From assembly GCA_965203295.1 (NCBI GenBank), contig CBDBCZ010000018.1, positions 2,592,001 through 2,656,000 of the forward strand: 64,000 nucleotides of DNA, read 5' to 3'. Shown one piece after another: positions 13,033 to 25,375 of the stretch. Under the pieces are notes generated by a model that worked only from the letters and a program-made list of their open reading frames with translations, was not told where the DNA came from and searched no databases. The stretch comes from Nitrospirales bacterium. Its GTDB lineage: Bacteria > Nitrospirota > Nitrospiria > Nitrospirales > UBA8639. How positions within the stretch are numbered: the first letter of the stretch is position 1; the number at the start of each line of letters is the position of its first letter. The translations under genes and the position numbers were made by a program.

Positions 13033-13934
13033 TCCTAACTGCTAATGCTAAGTTGTTGTGCAACTCCAACACCTCAAAATGTGCGGAAGTCCTCAGCTAG
13101 CACTTGAAGTCGACCAAGCTGAGAAGTCTGCTGTACCTACTCAGTGAATGAGTATTTAATTAATGCAGTTTAAGGGTGATTAGTAAAGTTATGAATATTC
13201 ACACTTTGATGTGCATACCGCTAATGAGGTACTTGACCAGCCTAGTAACTCACTACCAGATTTCTTACTGGGTTAGTGACCTGCTGAGAGGTCACTAACC
13301 ATTTAATGACCTGCCATATGAAATGATACAAATCATAGTAAACAAGCACAGCTTTACAAAATAGCAATACAAAGTATGCCAAACAATACAAAACATGTGC
13401 AAAACAAACAATAGCAGTCAGAAAAGTTTAGTTTTTGGAGTTAATGTTTAATGGTAATGTTGCTGCTACCTCCTGAAATCTGAAAAATTGGCTGCTTGGT
13501 ATCAAGGGGAATAGGCTTTTCTGGCTTCACAGTAGACACATGGTCTAGTTTGAGCTTCTTGGAACTCTGAGTCAGAGAACTTGGGGTTTGGGACACATCA
13601 GGCTGCTTAAATTTTCTAAAACAGTTAGCCAGTGAAACTTCCCTTCCTTAGTTGTATTGTGCACTTGTGGGCTGCCAGGCAGTAATTGTCCTCCACTCCA
13701 CCTCAGTCAATTACTGTCTGGCTTTAGCTACTACTGAAGCCCACAAGTGCACTCACTATACAACTAAGAAACCTCAGTTTCACTGTCTAACTATTACATA
13801 TGTTGCTGTACTCAGTCTAACCCATACTAATGAGCTGAAGTAGGTGTGCACTTGGGGCTCAGTGATTGTGCTCTGAAACTGCTCACATGGTGCAGTTTTG
13901 CTGGTTCTCTTGTGTACTGTAAGCGCAGTTACTA

Positions 13935-14126
13935 CCGTAATACCGGGTTTAATTGCTAATAAACGTGAACGCAATTTTTTTGAAGCTCATTAAAATTAGA
14001 ACACAATTACGCGTTACGCAGTACCCACACTTATACATGTACGTACACTCAATAATGCAATTATAAAATATGCAAATTACGTTCAAAACACCAAACCCAA
14101 TGATACAATTAAAACCAGTCCTACGG
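13935..14126. mobile_element. Small CCGTA-terminal MITE, TA TSD
   Basis: TA-CCGTAATACCGGGTTTAATTG ... CAATTAAAACCAGTCCTACGG-TA. Confidence 0.75.
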
Positions 14127-14213
14127 TATTAGGTGCCCTGACTGCTCTTCTGTTGTCTAGCTGTTAAGGTATGTGGAGACATTAGTGTTACTTGAGGGTT
14201 TCTTTCATATTAA

Positions 14214-14872
14214 TTCATTGCACGCGGTGCGCCTATATATAGGCGTACGTAGTATAATTAGTCCACGCGGAGCGCCTATATATAGGCGTTCATACACTTG
14301 CTCGCGTGTACCGGCCCTTAGCGAAGGGGAAGTCCCTCCCTCGTGGCTATGGCTTCTTTAGCCACACCTTTGTGATGTAATTGTACCGAAACTAGACAAA
14401 GGTTTGTAAAATAGCGGCTCATGCACAGCAAAATTGGCAGCCAATTAACGATCGCTAACTATGGCTAGCTACATTGCTACGCAGTTATTCGGACTCTACA
14501 GTCACTGTCAGTGGTAGCTTCAGCAATCTTGCTTCTGGAAAGAGTCAGGGAGTCTGTTGGACCATCTTGCTTTATTGCCAGTGTGCACAGACTTTGTTTT
14601 CAAACTCATTTTCAACGTTGCCGTATTGGAAATTTACCGTGAACCGTGTGATCGATCCTGAAGAAGCTTTGATGATCCAATCCATGGCCCTTTTTGTGCT
14701 GAATAGCTGTGGCTGATAGTCTTCAAAGAAAAACAACAGGGAATCCGCCGATTCTTTGACCCGGTTAGCGAAAAAATAGCCAAACGCTACACGGAAATGC
14801 TTAGTGCGCGTTAATTGATAATTATGACGCGTAGGCTAATTTCACATGTAAATTGTTGTCGCATGCAATGAG
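14214..14872. mobile_element. TTAA-flanked MITE (piggyBac-type target)
   Basis: TTAA-TTCATTGCACGCG ... CGCATGCAATGAG-TTAA; ends 39 nt upstream of the NACA last exon. Confidence 0.75.
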
Positions 14873-14911
14873 TTAATGGTGACATTCATACAATATTTTT
14901 CTCCTCCGCAG

Positions 14912-14926
14912 GAACTGACTATGTAG
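14912..14926 (+). CDS. NACA: NACA terminal coding exon: ELTM-stop
   Basis: Polypyrimidine tract TTTTTCTCCTCCGCAG then GAA CTG ACT ATG TAG, the canonical NACA C-terminus, in phase with the donor at 659. Confidence 0.88.
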   Translation, partial: ELTM

Positions 14927-15906
14927 TAGTAGCTACAATGTAATAATGAGTAACTTGTGATTAACTTTGCAGGATATGTACATGTACATGTATGATGTTG
15001 CCTGTGACACATATTTCTTTGTTATTAACAAGATGAGCACACCCCTAGGTGTACAGATTTTGGGTAAACAACGATAATGAACAAAGGAACAGAAAGTGGG
15101 CAGTGCATGCTTTCAAGATTGGTAAATGAGTCAGGTGTACATCATTTCACTTGAAAAGGGTGGGGTGAAGTTTCCGTAAGCTCCATGCTTTTCAAGACGC
15201 ATAATAAGACTGCTTGGCTGTTGCCACCTAAACACACATACAGAATAGAGGACTGTGATGCATACATGTAAATCACCATTTGTTCACATAGGATGGGCAG
15301 GCATTTACTCTGGCCCCTCTTAAGTACTGTTCATACATGCTATACCTAGTATATACTGCCTTTCAGCATTCTGAGATTCACACTATCAATATAAGGTAGC
15401 GCGGGGTGTTTTTGGTCACGGGGTAATTCCAGTCAGTCTCGCACGGTAGCCACTACCAAATACAGAACATAGATTCTTTGGAAGTCCCGCTTATGTGGCA
15501 GTGAGAGTAAGTACTACTTGTACTGAAAGTGCAGTTGTATCCACATTACTTCGTGCACTTCGCAGAATCAGCAGCTTTTTCCCTCTGCAGTAAGGGTGAG
15601 CCGATTATGCCAGCATTAAAATGAGCATAATAGGTATGCAGAAGCACTGAGCATAATGCAAGCATAATAGGTAGATTCTTGGGAGAAATTAGGTCACTTA
15701 ATGTGTAGCGGAAACTTAGCAAGCTACCAATCTCTTACTGTCAGACCTTGTAGGGGAGTGGTCCAATAGCAGTGAACATGCTAGAAATTATGAAAATATG
15801 CACCACCGATTATCCACCCACGCATACTTGAAGTTTATGGTAGGTTTCGCTACGAGGGTCACAATGAGCATAATTTGAGTACAATAGGGACATTTGTTGA
15901 GCATAA

Positions 15907-17499
15907 TTGGGGCGAGCCGGAGCGAGCCCCAATCCTAGTGAACCGAATGCCAATTTCTGTGCGTTTGTACGTTTGTACGTGTGCATGGTTCGAGCGGCCG
16001 ACCACGCTTTCGTACTTTCGGCTTGCGGAGATGAAGACAGCTTGCTTTAGAACGGCATCGGTTGCGTTACAGGGAAAGAAGAAGGTTGGAAACTGCAGAG
16101 GAGAGGGAGAGAAGGTTGCAGGTGGGGCGTAGATGATTAAACGACTCGCCAATGGCACAGGAGGGGCGCTTGACGCGTGGCTCCCTCACCCTATCTGGGT
16201 CAGAGCTATGGTCTATCACCAAAACTGAGCTACTTTACTTTGGAGAAAGTCCACTCAAAGATTCTCTGCACAGTCCAAGGATTGCCTACTAGATGCCCGT
16301 TATCTGCTCTGTGTAATCTCCTTGGTTCTCGCAGCCTCTCCTGCCGTACCCCGGAGGCTTCTGGAACACCGGGTCAGCTGTAACCCGACTTCTGGTTGCA
16401 TCCCGGTGTATACCAATCAGCGGACACATGACAGTTGGAAGCTTGCTACCAAGCGACTTCCCAATTTCATTCAAATTTGTCGCTCAGCGTGGATTGTCCA
16501 CTCCTTCCGATTGGTTCGTGCAACCTCCCTCTTGGGAAGCCTGCCCCCCATTGGGCCCTCACCCTTACGAATACCAAGAAGACCCGCAATAGTAATTTCC
16601 GCATACGTCTCCTCACTGGTTGTGATGGTCTAAAGGCGGATGCAAGTCGCTTCAGGCAGAGGCGGAACGGGTGCTCCCCCAACGATCCTTCGTGTAAACT
16701 ATGTGAGGTTCCTCTGGAGGATTCCCTCCAATTCGTTGCCTTCTGCCCCGCCCTACAGGAATGTTGAGCTGCTCTGCTCAAGGAAGCCCCTCCCTCTGTT
16801 AAGGAGGCCCTTCTGGATCTAGCCTGCAACCCTGACCGCTTCTTCAACCTCATATTTGGAGTGGAATAGCTTAGTGACTCTGACGCTGCTATATTTTGTC
16901 GACTTTCTGAATAATTCGAAGTCTCACAGAAACTCCCTGCTTGTGGACCCGTAAAAGTTTCAATCCCGTTCCAGGGTACCTGTACTTTCCTTTATTGGAG
17001 GTTACAAAGAAAAAGGCTCTGAGTGAGAATGGCAATGGTGAAGCTCCTTTCCTGAGTAATGCCAAGTCTTTCAATAACTGTTGTATCAACCTATCTCTGC
17101 CAACACACAAACTTCAACGATTTTTGAACCTACTCTGAATTGTTTTTCCTGTACAACCACTAATATGATAGCGCTGTTCTATCTTGAATCCCTCTTCCCA
17201 TTCAATGGATTCTTTAGATAGGTTCTCACTCATCATGTCGTCTCGGGACCCCATCCTTATTTGTTTGTTAGCCAATTTTTTTAACCAGAGTTATTGTACC
17301 AGAGCTGACCGTCTGTCCCTTAACTGATATATCATGTCCATGATCCTATGGGCCTTCCTGGCCTTACTTGTGTCATTTAAATTTAATATTCAAGCGCTGC
17401 TGTTAATGATTAAATCGACAACTATACAACCACCAAGCATATCATAATCACTATACCTCGCTCCGGCTCGCCCCCTCAATGATCTTTATTATAACTAGT
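15907..17499 (+). mobile_element. HINE/Helentron-like element containing LINE fragments
   Basis: Sub-TIRs GGGGCGAGCCGGAGCGAG / CTCGCTCCGGCTCGCCCC, 3' end ACTAGT. Confidence 0.7.
16180..17030 (+). mobile_element. Non-LTR retrotransposon 3' fragment with zinc-knuckle-like C-terminus
   Basis: NFRIRLLTGCDGL...DPSCKLC...EDSLQFVAFCPAL, resembling the CxxC...(H)...C motif downstream of LINE RTs; disrupted by stops. Confidence 0.65.
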
Positions 17500-18392
17500 A
17501 GGAATATTTTTGGAGCAGTGCAGCATAGCATAATAGGGTATTTCTTGAGCATGATAGGCTCAGCCCTACTCTGCAGTTGGCTGAGCTCCACCCACCTCGG
17601 CAGCACACAACTTTACTCACGAGCGTCTATGTAGCAAAAGTACAATCGCTATTAAACTACTTCGGAACCTTTAGGCATATCAGCAAATATTGTAGGCTTA
17701 CACTGCTGGTAGGGGGCTGATGTTTCCCTTCCTGTACCCCACGGGGCGAGTCTGCATTTGAAGTGTCGGGTGGGATGTCACGGAAGTTTAATTAACAAAA
17801 ATTTGTGCATGACCAAAAAAAACGGAGCGCTTTGGCGGGAAATGATCAGCCTCCATCATGCCTACAAAGCTTAAACTAATCGCCCTTAGGCCATTCCGGC
17901 AGCCCTCAAGGCAGTACAAGAAGGGATGAGCCTCAGAAGTGCAGCAAAACAGTTTGCAGTACCATACAATACACTACAAGACGACCACTCAGGTGAGACA
18001 AAAAAATACCACTATATATTTTGAACACTGGAGTTTGCATGTAAGTAAATAGTTTCACGGGCCCAGCCCGTCGCTCAGCCCCACGTTCGGAAGGTGGGCC
18101 TGGCTCCCCGCATATTCAAAGTTGGGGCAGCATTACGTCAGCAGTCCCAGATCTGGACTGGCGATGTGATTGGTTGCATCACTAAACGGTTGTAGTATCC
18201 GGATATTCACACCGCTTAGTGATGTAATACTATAATCACTAGGCCAAACTGACGCAAAACATCTTCTCGCACTGCAAACACGCGTTTTAGCTTTGACCGG
18301 AAATACCCGGAGAATTGATTTTTCGTAGGCGGAGACCAGAGGAGGTTGCAGGCGATCACGTGCGCTAATAGTAGAATGCAATTAGCTATGAC

Positions 18393-18431
18393 CGTAGATA
18401 ATAGAGCACGTTACGTGCTCTATTATCTATG
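18393..18431. mobile_element. P-element-like TIR-only remnant (39 bp, 7-bp TSD CTATGAC)
   Basis: CGTAGATAATAGAGCACGT-T-ACGTGCTCTATTATCTATG between two CTATGAC copies. Confidence 0.8.
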
Positions 18432-18833
18432 CTATGACCGAGCTATGACGGCTGATGATGTATAGAAAACGTCTCGGGCAGAGAGGAGCAATGATAGCTG
18501 CTGCTTGAGTGATCTTGTGTAAGTTTAGTAGTTTTCAAAGTGAATTAGTCTGAATCTGAGTGGTAAAACCGATAATATAGCCTAACTAAACCGCTACCAT
18601 ATCATAGGTAGTTCGCCGGTGATATGGTAGTTCGCCGGCTCGATGCGCTCCTGAGCTATGATATGGTAGCGGGATGCGCTCCTGCATAGCTTTACGAAAT
18701 TTTTGTAACCTCACTGAGAATTCGATGCATTCAAGCCCATGCAATCTTCTGCAGCACAGCTCCATACTTGCAAGCCAGAGTTTTTGAGGGGGCGTCCCCA
18801 CCTGTCCCCTCGAAGGTTGTAGAACTACAAAAC

Positions 18834-18861
18834 CATTGATAATAGAGCTCTATTATCTATG
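18834..18861. mobile_element. P-element-like TIR-only remnant (28 bp, 7-bp TSD ACAAAAC)
   Basis: CATTGATAATAGAG-CTCTATTATCTATG between two ACAAAAC copies. Confidence 0.8.
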
Positions 18862-18906
18862 ACAAAACGTTTTGTAAGCCAGATACCGTAAACCTCTACA
18901 TACCTT

Positions 18907-19318
18907 TAGGCATGAGGAAATTATGCCGGAAACATAATAGGTTCACGTAAGAGTCAAGCATAATTCCGGAATAATAGGCCAAAATAATGTATACGGTCTT
19001 AGTCTTCCTTGTGCAGCCATCCTTTGCATGTACAAAATGTTTTTTTTTTTGGAAGCCAGCAGAATATTTGTCTGCATGATTATATTGAAACATTTATTAT
19101 GTTGTAGTACTACCAGCAATGATAATATGGCTTTGGCCATATTTGCATTGGTGCATATTCTAACTGTTTTTGGTCTTGTTTGTGATGTCCATGTCAGTCA
19201 TGCAGCTGAGCATAATGGAGCATAATGGGATTACTTTGAAAGAAAAATTTAGTTAGGTTTGCAAGCATTGAAGAGAAGCATAATGGAGTAAGTTTTGAGC
19301 ATAATTTCCTCATGCCTA
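18907..19318. mobile_element. hAT-type MITE
   Basis: Perfect TIR TAGGCATGAGGAAATTATGC; 8-bp TSD CATACCTT. Confidence 0.9.
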
Positions 19319-22300
19319 CATACCTTCTGTATTCTTCTCAATGGAACGCTATTAGCTACGTGACATTATGCGTTTATTGGCGTACACGTGATCGCTTCCA
19401 ACCTCCTCTGGGCGGAGACCTAGGCACAATTAAATGGATAGTTCTAGCGATGTAATTGGTCTAAAACTGAGTGCTTCTAGAATTTAGTTTGAAATCGTGG
19501 CGGAGCGATGCCCTTGCCTTTTCCAAATGCTAAAGTTTGACCGGAATTACCCCATGTTATCTTATACATGTGGCTGTAAATAAGCTGTACATGAGGAGCT
19601 ATTAGCGTGCCTTATTGTTTTTGGTTGCATATAGATAGATAGATAAACTTTTAATGTCTCGCTAATAAGGGCAGCGGGCCACTTTTGGCCTATGAGACTA
19701 GCCCAAGAGCACAACACACCAGAGAGCCAAGGATAATGCAAAGTACAACAGAAAATAACTAGCTACGCATGTTTCAGTCTAGCCCTAGTTCTTGTGTTTA
19801 TTGGGCTTGGCACAATAGGAATCCATCCCCTAGTCCTCTTCCCTATATATGACAAGCCCGGACATCGACCATCTTCACCCTTTAAGCATATGCACAGCAA
19901 CCCTTACAGCACAAAATAACTGCGTGATTTAGAGCTTGGAAATAGACTGAATGACATAGCCTCTTGTGGGGTGGAAAGTAAACTCCTCCCTTGCAAGAGC
20001 CTGGGCACAAAGCTACTCAACCAGCTCCATGGAGAATTACTGCCATATAGCTAACCAGCATTGCTGTGCACATTACCATAATAATTGTTATTATGCACGG
20101 CTACAAATGAGGACATCACATACTGTAGACACTGGTATGAGTATACCTGCACCTCTGTTCGGTGTAATGCATTCAAGATAAACACTTGCAGCCAACCTTC
20201 AGGTGTGATGCTAAATGGAAAAGGTCATCAAACAAAAACATCAAGTGTTACATGTATACATCGACCCTTGTTCGTACACTTTCAGGAACAACAGGGAACA
20301 GCAGGAACACCAGGGAACAGCAAGGAACAGAAGGAACATCAGGAACACCAGGAAACTGCTATATATAACTCCAGAGAACAATCTAAGACTTGCATTAACT
20401 AAATTCACATTAATTTTCGCATTTGCAGCTCCCATGCGTTTCGGCATTTGCAGCCGTATGGTTGTTAATTTGTAGTGATCTGCATACATTATCCTGGGCT
20501 ATAGACTAAACATGTGCAGAAGGTGCGTATGTATGTATGTATATATGGCAGTGGCTTCAGCGAATTTGGCGAGAAAAATTATTGTGAACAGCCGAAACTT
20601 CCATTAGCGCTGTCTAAACAAGGGAGGGGCTCACAGGCAAGCTTTTTGTACTGAGTACACAACCAGTATCCATGAATAAATGTTCGTGGCTCTAGGACCT
20701 ATAGTTGCAAACATATAGCCTCGTTCCCAGGCTCTACTTACCAGCTTTTTATTCACTGTTGATTCACTACTGATTAAGATAAAACCGCACCAGTATCCCG
20801 TAACTTAAGGGCAGGGCTCAAGCACACTGTGTAAATACAGCAGCTAACCCTTCATCGGATGCAACTACTCATCACGTATGAGCCCTGCCATTTTAATGGA
20901 AGTTCAGGAATGAAGATTTTTGATTTGCTCTTTCTCACTCGATCCATCTTTTCTGATAGTTCACCAACTTGTAATTCTATCTGCAAAACATCCAGCCTAT
21001 TTCTGAGAACATACTGATCAGAAAAATTCAGTTCATTTGTATACTTGAGCTTCCACTAACACTTGCTGTTAGTGAACGTTGCATCCTACAAGTGGGTGCT
21101 GTGAAAGGTACTGTTAATTAATAATCCTTGGAAGAGGTAAGTAAAATCTTGTATTCTGTGGTTTTCATCTGGATTTGCCTTCAGCATAGCTTCATCCTCT
21201 TCCTGTACGAGCTGTTTTGCTTCAGGTTTACCCAACATGTTGTCCTTCTCTTTCTCTTTCCTCGGCTAAAGGAATGATTTAAACACTCGGTGCAACATAG
21301 TATCTTTACCAGCAAGTCCATGGAAAAGGGTGCAGTGAAATGAGCAAAACTTCAGCTACGCAGTGATGGTGGACACAGTCTACTAACATCAAGTAGCCTA
21401 CTCACAGTAAATACTTTATGTGGTATTCATCTTCAGCATAGCTTCCTCCTCTTTCTGCTGGAGCCATCTTGCCTCACATTCACCCAACAGCTTTTCTTCC
21501 TCTTTCCTCAACTAAAGAAATAATTAAAGTATCTTTACCAGCAAGCCCATTGAAAAGGGTGTAGTGAAATAAGCACAACCTCAGCTACACAGCGATATAC
21601 GTACAAATGGGAGATAGTGACAAACACCACATTGCATTGTCTTCACATCAGCATCAGAGAGGTGATTTAGAGTATGTAGACTGTGTTGTGTTGTATATAT
21701 ACCCTCCCTCAATAGCATGCATAACCTTTGAACCACAAATCAACAAATACCTATCAGGAATACGTGTGCATCTGGCACTCAGTGTATAAATCATGCAGCT
21801 ACATCCCCTCATCATATAACCTACACAGATACTGGGAGAGACAATCTCATGAGACTTCAAAGCAGAGAGAGGGTAGTTGGAAGACAGACTCCTCAAACTG
21901 TCATTTGAGCACATACACTTGCACTTGCTCACCCTAAAATGCCCTGCATTGACCTAGTCTAGAGTCACAGGGGTAAAAAAGTGTGCACCCCCTCCAGTAT
22001 GACTCATCATACTAAGACCAATATGGGGTACTTAGAGATGACTGACTGGGGAATCTCCTTTCCCTGTGACACCAGCGCCTATGGTTGTTTTGGACTTTGT
22101 GTGCCAAGGAATATGGACAGTTTGCAATCTAAGGTACAGTTTGCATAACTGACTTATAGAGACATACGTACACTAGAAGATGTGAGTAGGCAGAATGATC
22201 TTTGTTTCCTTATATACAAAACTGTGGTGGAGGCAGTTTGCATGTGTGCAATCCTCATCTTAAAATGACATGAAATGGCAAGTGTCCACTTGAGGGTGAT

Positions 22301-23139
22301 AGTGAATCACTGCTGATGAAATCTTAGAAACATTACGGTACAAGTGGAATACCCCAGTGAAAACGCTGTTTCTTTGTGCCTGAATCATTGTAATCTCATC
22401 AGCCATTATTCTGCGAAGAAATAAGATAGATAGCAACTTGCCAATGTGGTACTCCAGCAATGGTCTCTTAGCAATGCTACCAGTCCCACTGCTGATAAAA
22501 ACTAGGCCTAAAGAAATGACTGCATGGCTTATGATTACATCTAGAGCAGTATTTTGAACATATATTAAGATTTTGCATGTAGCGGCAATTTTCTCCCCGA
22601 GCCTTCCCTTTATATGAATTACTATACTTCCTTACTCCATGATACATGTATGTACATGACGTGTGTCCCACAGGCAGCACTTTCAACAACATAGAGCATC
22701 GGAGATGACGGATCATATGTACAACAAATGAGCAAGTAAAATAAAATGTAATGTTGACTTCAGTGGCATACCTTTTTGATTTCAAATAAGTATTCCTTCT
22801 CAGTATCTCCTGGCTGGATCAGTAATGGTAATGAAGAACTGCTAATGTACTCTGAGTCTATAGAGATAAGAAACATAATCATCACAATTATGACCACTTT
22901 CTCATTGCGGGAGATTGTAATGTCGATTTTAACTGTGATAGTTTGAACTTGCACCACTTGCGCAGCCTAATGAGTGTTCTTAATTAATCGGGACAGGTAT
23001 AACTTTAATTTGGGTGCATGGACAACAGTGCAAGCGCTACGGCAGCGACATGAGTATAATATATACAACACACGCCAATACAGGTGTAGTAAAGTAAGTG
23101 TAAGTAAATAGAAATGAGAACAATACTACACAAAACAAA

Positions 23140-23705
23140 ACTCAGTCACATTCCAATTATACCTTTAAAATCTTCAAGGTGACCATGCACAGCAGCAAAG
23201 CACACATATGGTACATGAGTATTGTAACACTCAAAGCGACAGGAACTATACAAAGAGTTGTAGCCACTAAATGAAAAACAGGAGGAGGCAGATTTACAGA
23301 AGATTGAAATACACAAGCATATGACATTTCACAGCTGCACACAATAGACCGATGATACACGACATCATACAGGCTATTAAGTTTTGGAATGTGGTAAAGA
23401 GCAGAACAGGATAGTAGCCAAAGAGCCGACCATAAAGACAAAGACAGTAAATCAGATATAAATGTGCATGCCAGTATAGTGGGCCCAACTTTAGGAAAAG
23501 ATCCTTCTTATCCATGTCATAATTATAGCCCATGATAAACATCTGGAGCATCACTCAGATTGTAAGGAAGAAGATGACCCAGATGGGTGACTGTGTCAAG
23601 GAAGAAAACTGTTGATCACATAAGACAAAACAAGCTGTGCAAGTGGTGGATGGAGTCCAAGAAAAATGAATTAGCTGAGTCTGTGAGGGATTGAACTGAA
23701 GATAT
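23140..23705 (-). mobile_element. Old RTE-X-like LINE 3' fragment
   Basis: LQFNPSQTQLIHF and THLGHLLPYNLSDAPD motifs parallel those of the element at 9395-11410. Confidence 0.6.
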
Positions 23706-24400
23706 ACTTTTGGACTCCATCCATCACTTGCACAGCTTGTTTTGTCGCATTCAAACTGTGTTTGTGACCAATTGCCGGATTGATAACACAAACACTTCTC
23801 TACATACACTGCAGTATGAACCTCGTCTCTTGAGACTTTGTATGTCTGCCCTCTGTTGTATTCGAGTTCTTAACTGTATTAAAAATCGTGAAGCGTACCG
23901 TGTTGAAGAGGTTATGTGGGGAATAGAAAACACTTTGGTCACTATCAGGTGCACACATGTCAATTGTTTTTAATTTCAATGATACTGTTGTTTAGTATGA
24001 ATGAAATTGGGCTGGACTGTGAAAACAAAAAGTGGGTGATTAAAAAATGATGCAGTGAGGAAGAGATTAGAGAAGGCAATGTTTTTTGATTGGAAAGATA
24101 TAGTAAAAAGTGTAGCATCAAGTGTTCTACTACAGCCTAGTGAACTAGAAGACTGTAGCAGAGACATACCCTGTGCTACATTTAAAAAAAAATAGAAGCC
24201 TTGGGCTCTAGACTTGCTTGGCCTGGTGGAGCAGCTGGTTCTATAAAGTGAGAAAGGTGTAGCACATTTATTGTGTTTAGGAGATGAGGGGAGAGGCCTA
24301 ATGAGAGAGTAATTACCGTTGGAATTGCTGGGTCCTGCTGGTAAGTGCTACTAGCAGGTTTAGTGACTATATGAAACTTGCCTACCGCTCCTCTGCTAAG

Positions 24401-24515
24401 GGGCTCCAGTAGTTCAGTGGTAAGAGCATGTGATTAGTACTCAGAAGGCCCTGGGTTCAATCGCCAGCTGGGTCCCGTTTTTCCCCCCGGAATTTTGATA
24501 CTCTCTTAGAAAGCT
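24401..24515 (+). mobile_element. tRNA-derived SINE or tRNA pseudogene
   Basis: Cloverleaf-like 24401-24476 with A box TAGTTCAGTGG, B box GGTTCAATCGCC, extended acceptor stem GGGCTCCAG/CTGGGTCCC, then a T run; mismatches argue against a functional tRNA. Confidence 0.7.
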
Positions 24516-24789
24516 TATCATTTCTTGAAGAGTTTGCATTGTGTATAATTGCCGCTGTGGGCATCATTGATGGGCATGACTGACGGCTGCATAATTACAC
24601 GAACTCTTCTGTACCTACACTCCAGTGTAAACACGTGTCCTGAGACCGCGTATACCCATCCTCTGTCATATTCGAGGTCTTGACCATATGAAAATGGCAA
24701 ACCTTACCATGTTGAATAAAAAATAGCTGGAATGTGGAGAATAGAAACCGCTTTCACTATCACTATATTTTTTTAGATGTTACTGTCGG

Positions 24790-25372
24790 ATTTAGTGATG
24801 ATTTAACCCTATATACTGCGACCTATTGTAACATACTGTAACCTTTTACACTCTACAGCCCCCTACGGCACCCTACGGGATCCTACTGCGAGCTACAGCA
24901 CACTACCATCTTCTGCGCCTTACTGCAAACTACTAATACAATCGAGAAACATGGCCTAAACCATAAACTTTTAAACTAACAGACACTAATACAGTTGTGA
25001 ATCATAGCCTAAATAATCTCTCAAAAGCTACTAGCAAACAGATTCTAATACAGTCAAGAAACGTTGCTTAAAGACAAAAACTCAAGACTAACTAACAGAT
25101 AAACACTGATATGTACAATTCGTGGAGGAGTGCTAATCGCGGTTCTCCGGATCAATCTTCATCATTACCAAGTCAACAATTAACATCAATAATAGTACAC
25201 AGTACGACGTTTCGGTCTAATCTAGACCTTCTTCAGGTACAAACTAAAACATAATTCAAAAAAAAGCAAAACATAGCGTCTCTGGCATTAGTCGTCAAGG
25301 TTAAGGCCCTCCGGCGTAAACGTTCTGAGTTCTAAGTAATAGTTAGTGCACCCCGACGAGGGCTCTAACCGA
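24790..25372 (-). mobile_element. Penelope-like element pseudo-LTR, inverted relative to the ORF
   Basis: 25105-25144 is the reverse complement of 27445-27484, directly upstream of the Penelope ORF; carries a hammerhead motif. Outer boundary approximate. Confidence 0.7.
25202..25240 (-). ncRNA. Minimal type I hammerhead ribozyme (Penelope-type)
   Basis: Minus strand GUAC-CUGAAGA-A-GGUCUA(GAU)UAGACC-GAAA-C-GUC^GUAC: conserved core, 6-bp stem II, minimal stem III, GUC cleavage triplet, stem I GUAC/GUAC. Confidence 0.85.
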
Positions 25373-25375
25373 CAT

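Larger units (their letters stand above)
15591..17568. mobile_element. hAT-type non-autonomous element
   Basis: TAAGGGTGAGCC / GGCTCAGCCCTA termini; perfect 8-bp TSD CTCTGCAG; repeated GCATAAT subterminal motifs. Confidence 0.85.
15392..19564 (+). mobile_element. pogo/Tigger-like DNA transposon remnant hosting nested elements
   Basis: Imperfect TIRs TAAGGTAGCGCGGGGT...GGTCA / TGACCGGAATTACCCCATGTTATCTTA, TA TSD; HTH_psq-like peptide ALKAVQEGMSLRSAAKQFAVPYNTLQD at ~17902-17990. Confidence 0.75.

Noticed and set aside
22308..22340. CTGATGA...GAAAC as a second hammerhead
   Set aside because: No stem II pairing and no Penelope context.
24401..24476. Functional tRNA gene
   Set aside because: Anticodon- and T-arm irregularities plus an extended stem and tail fit a SINE better.
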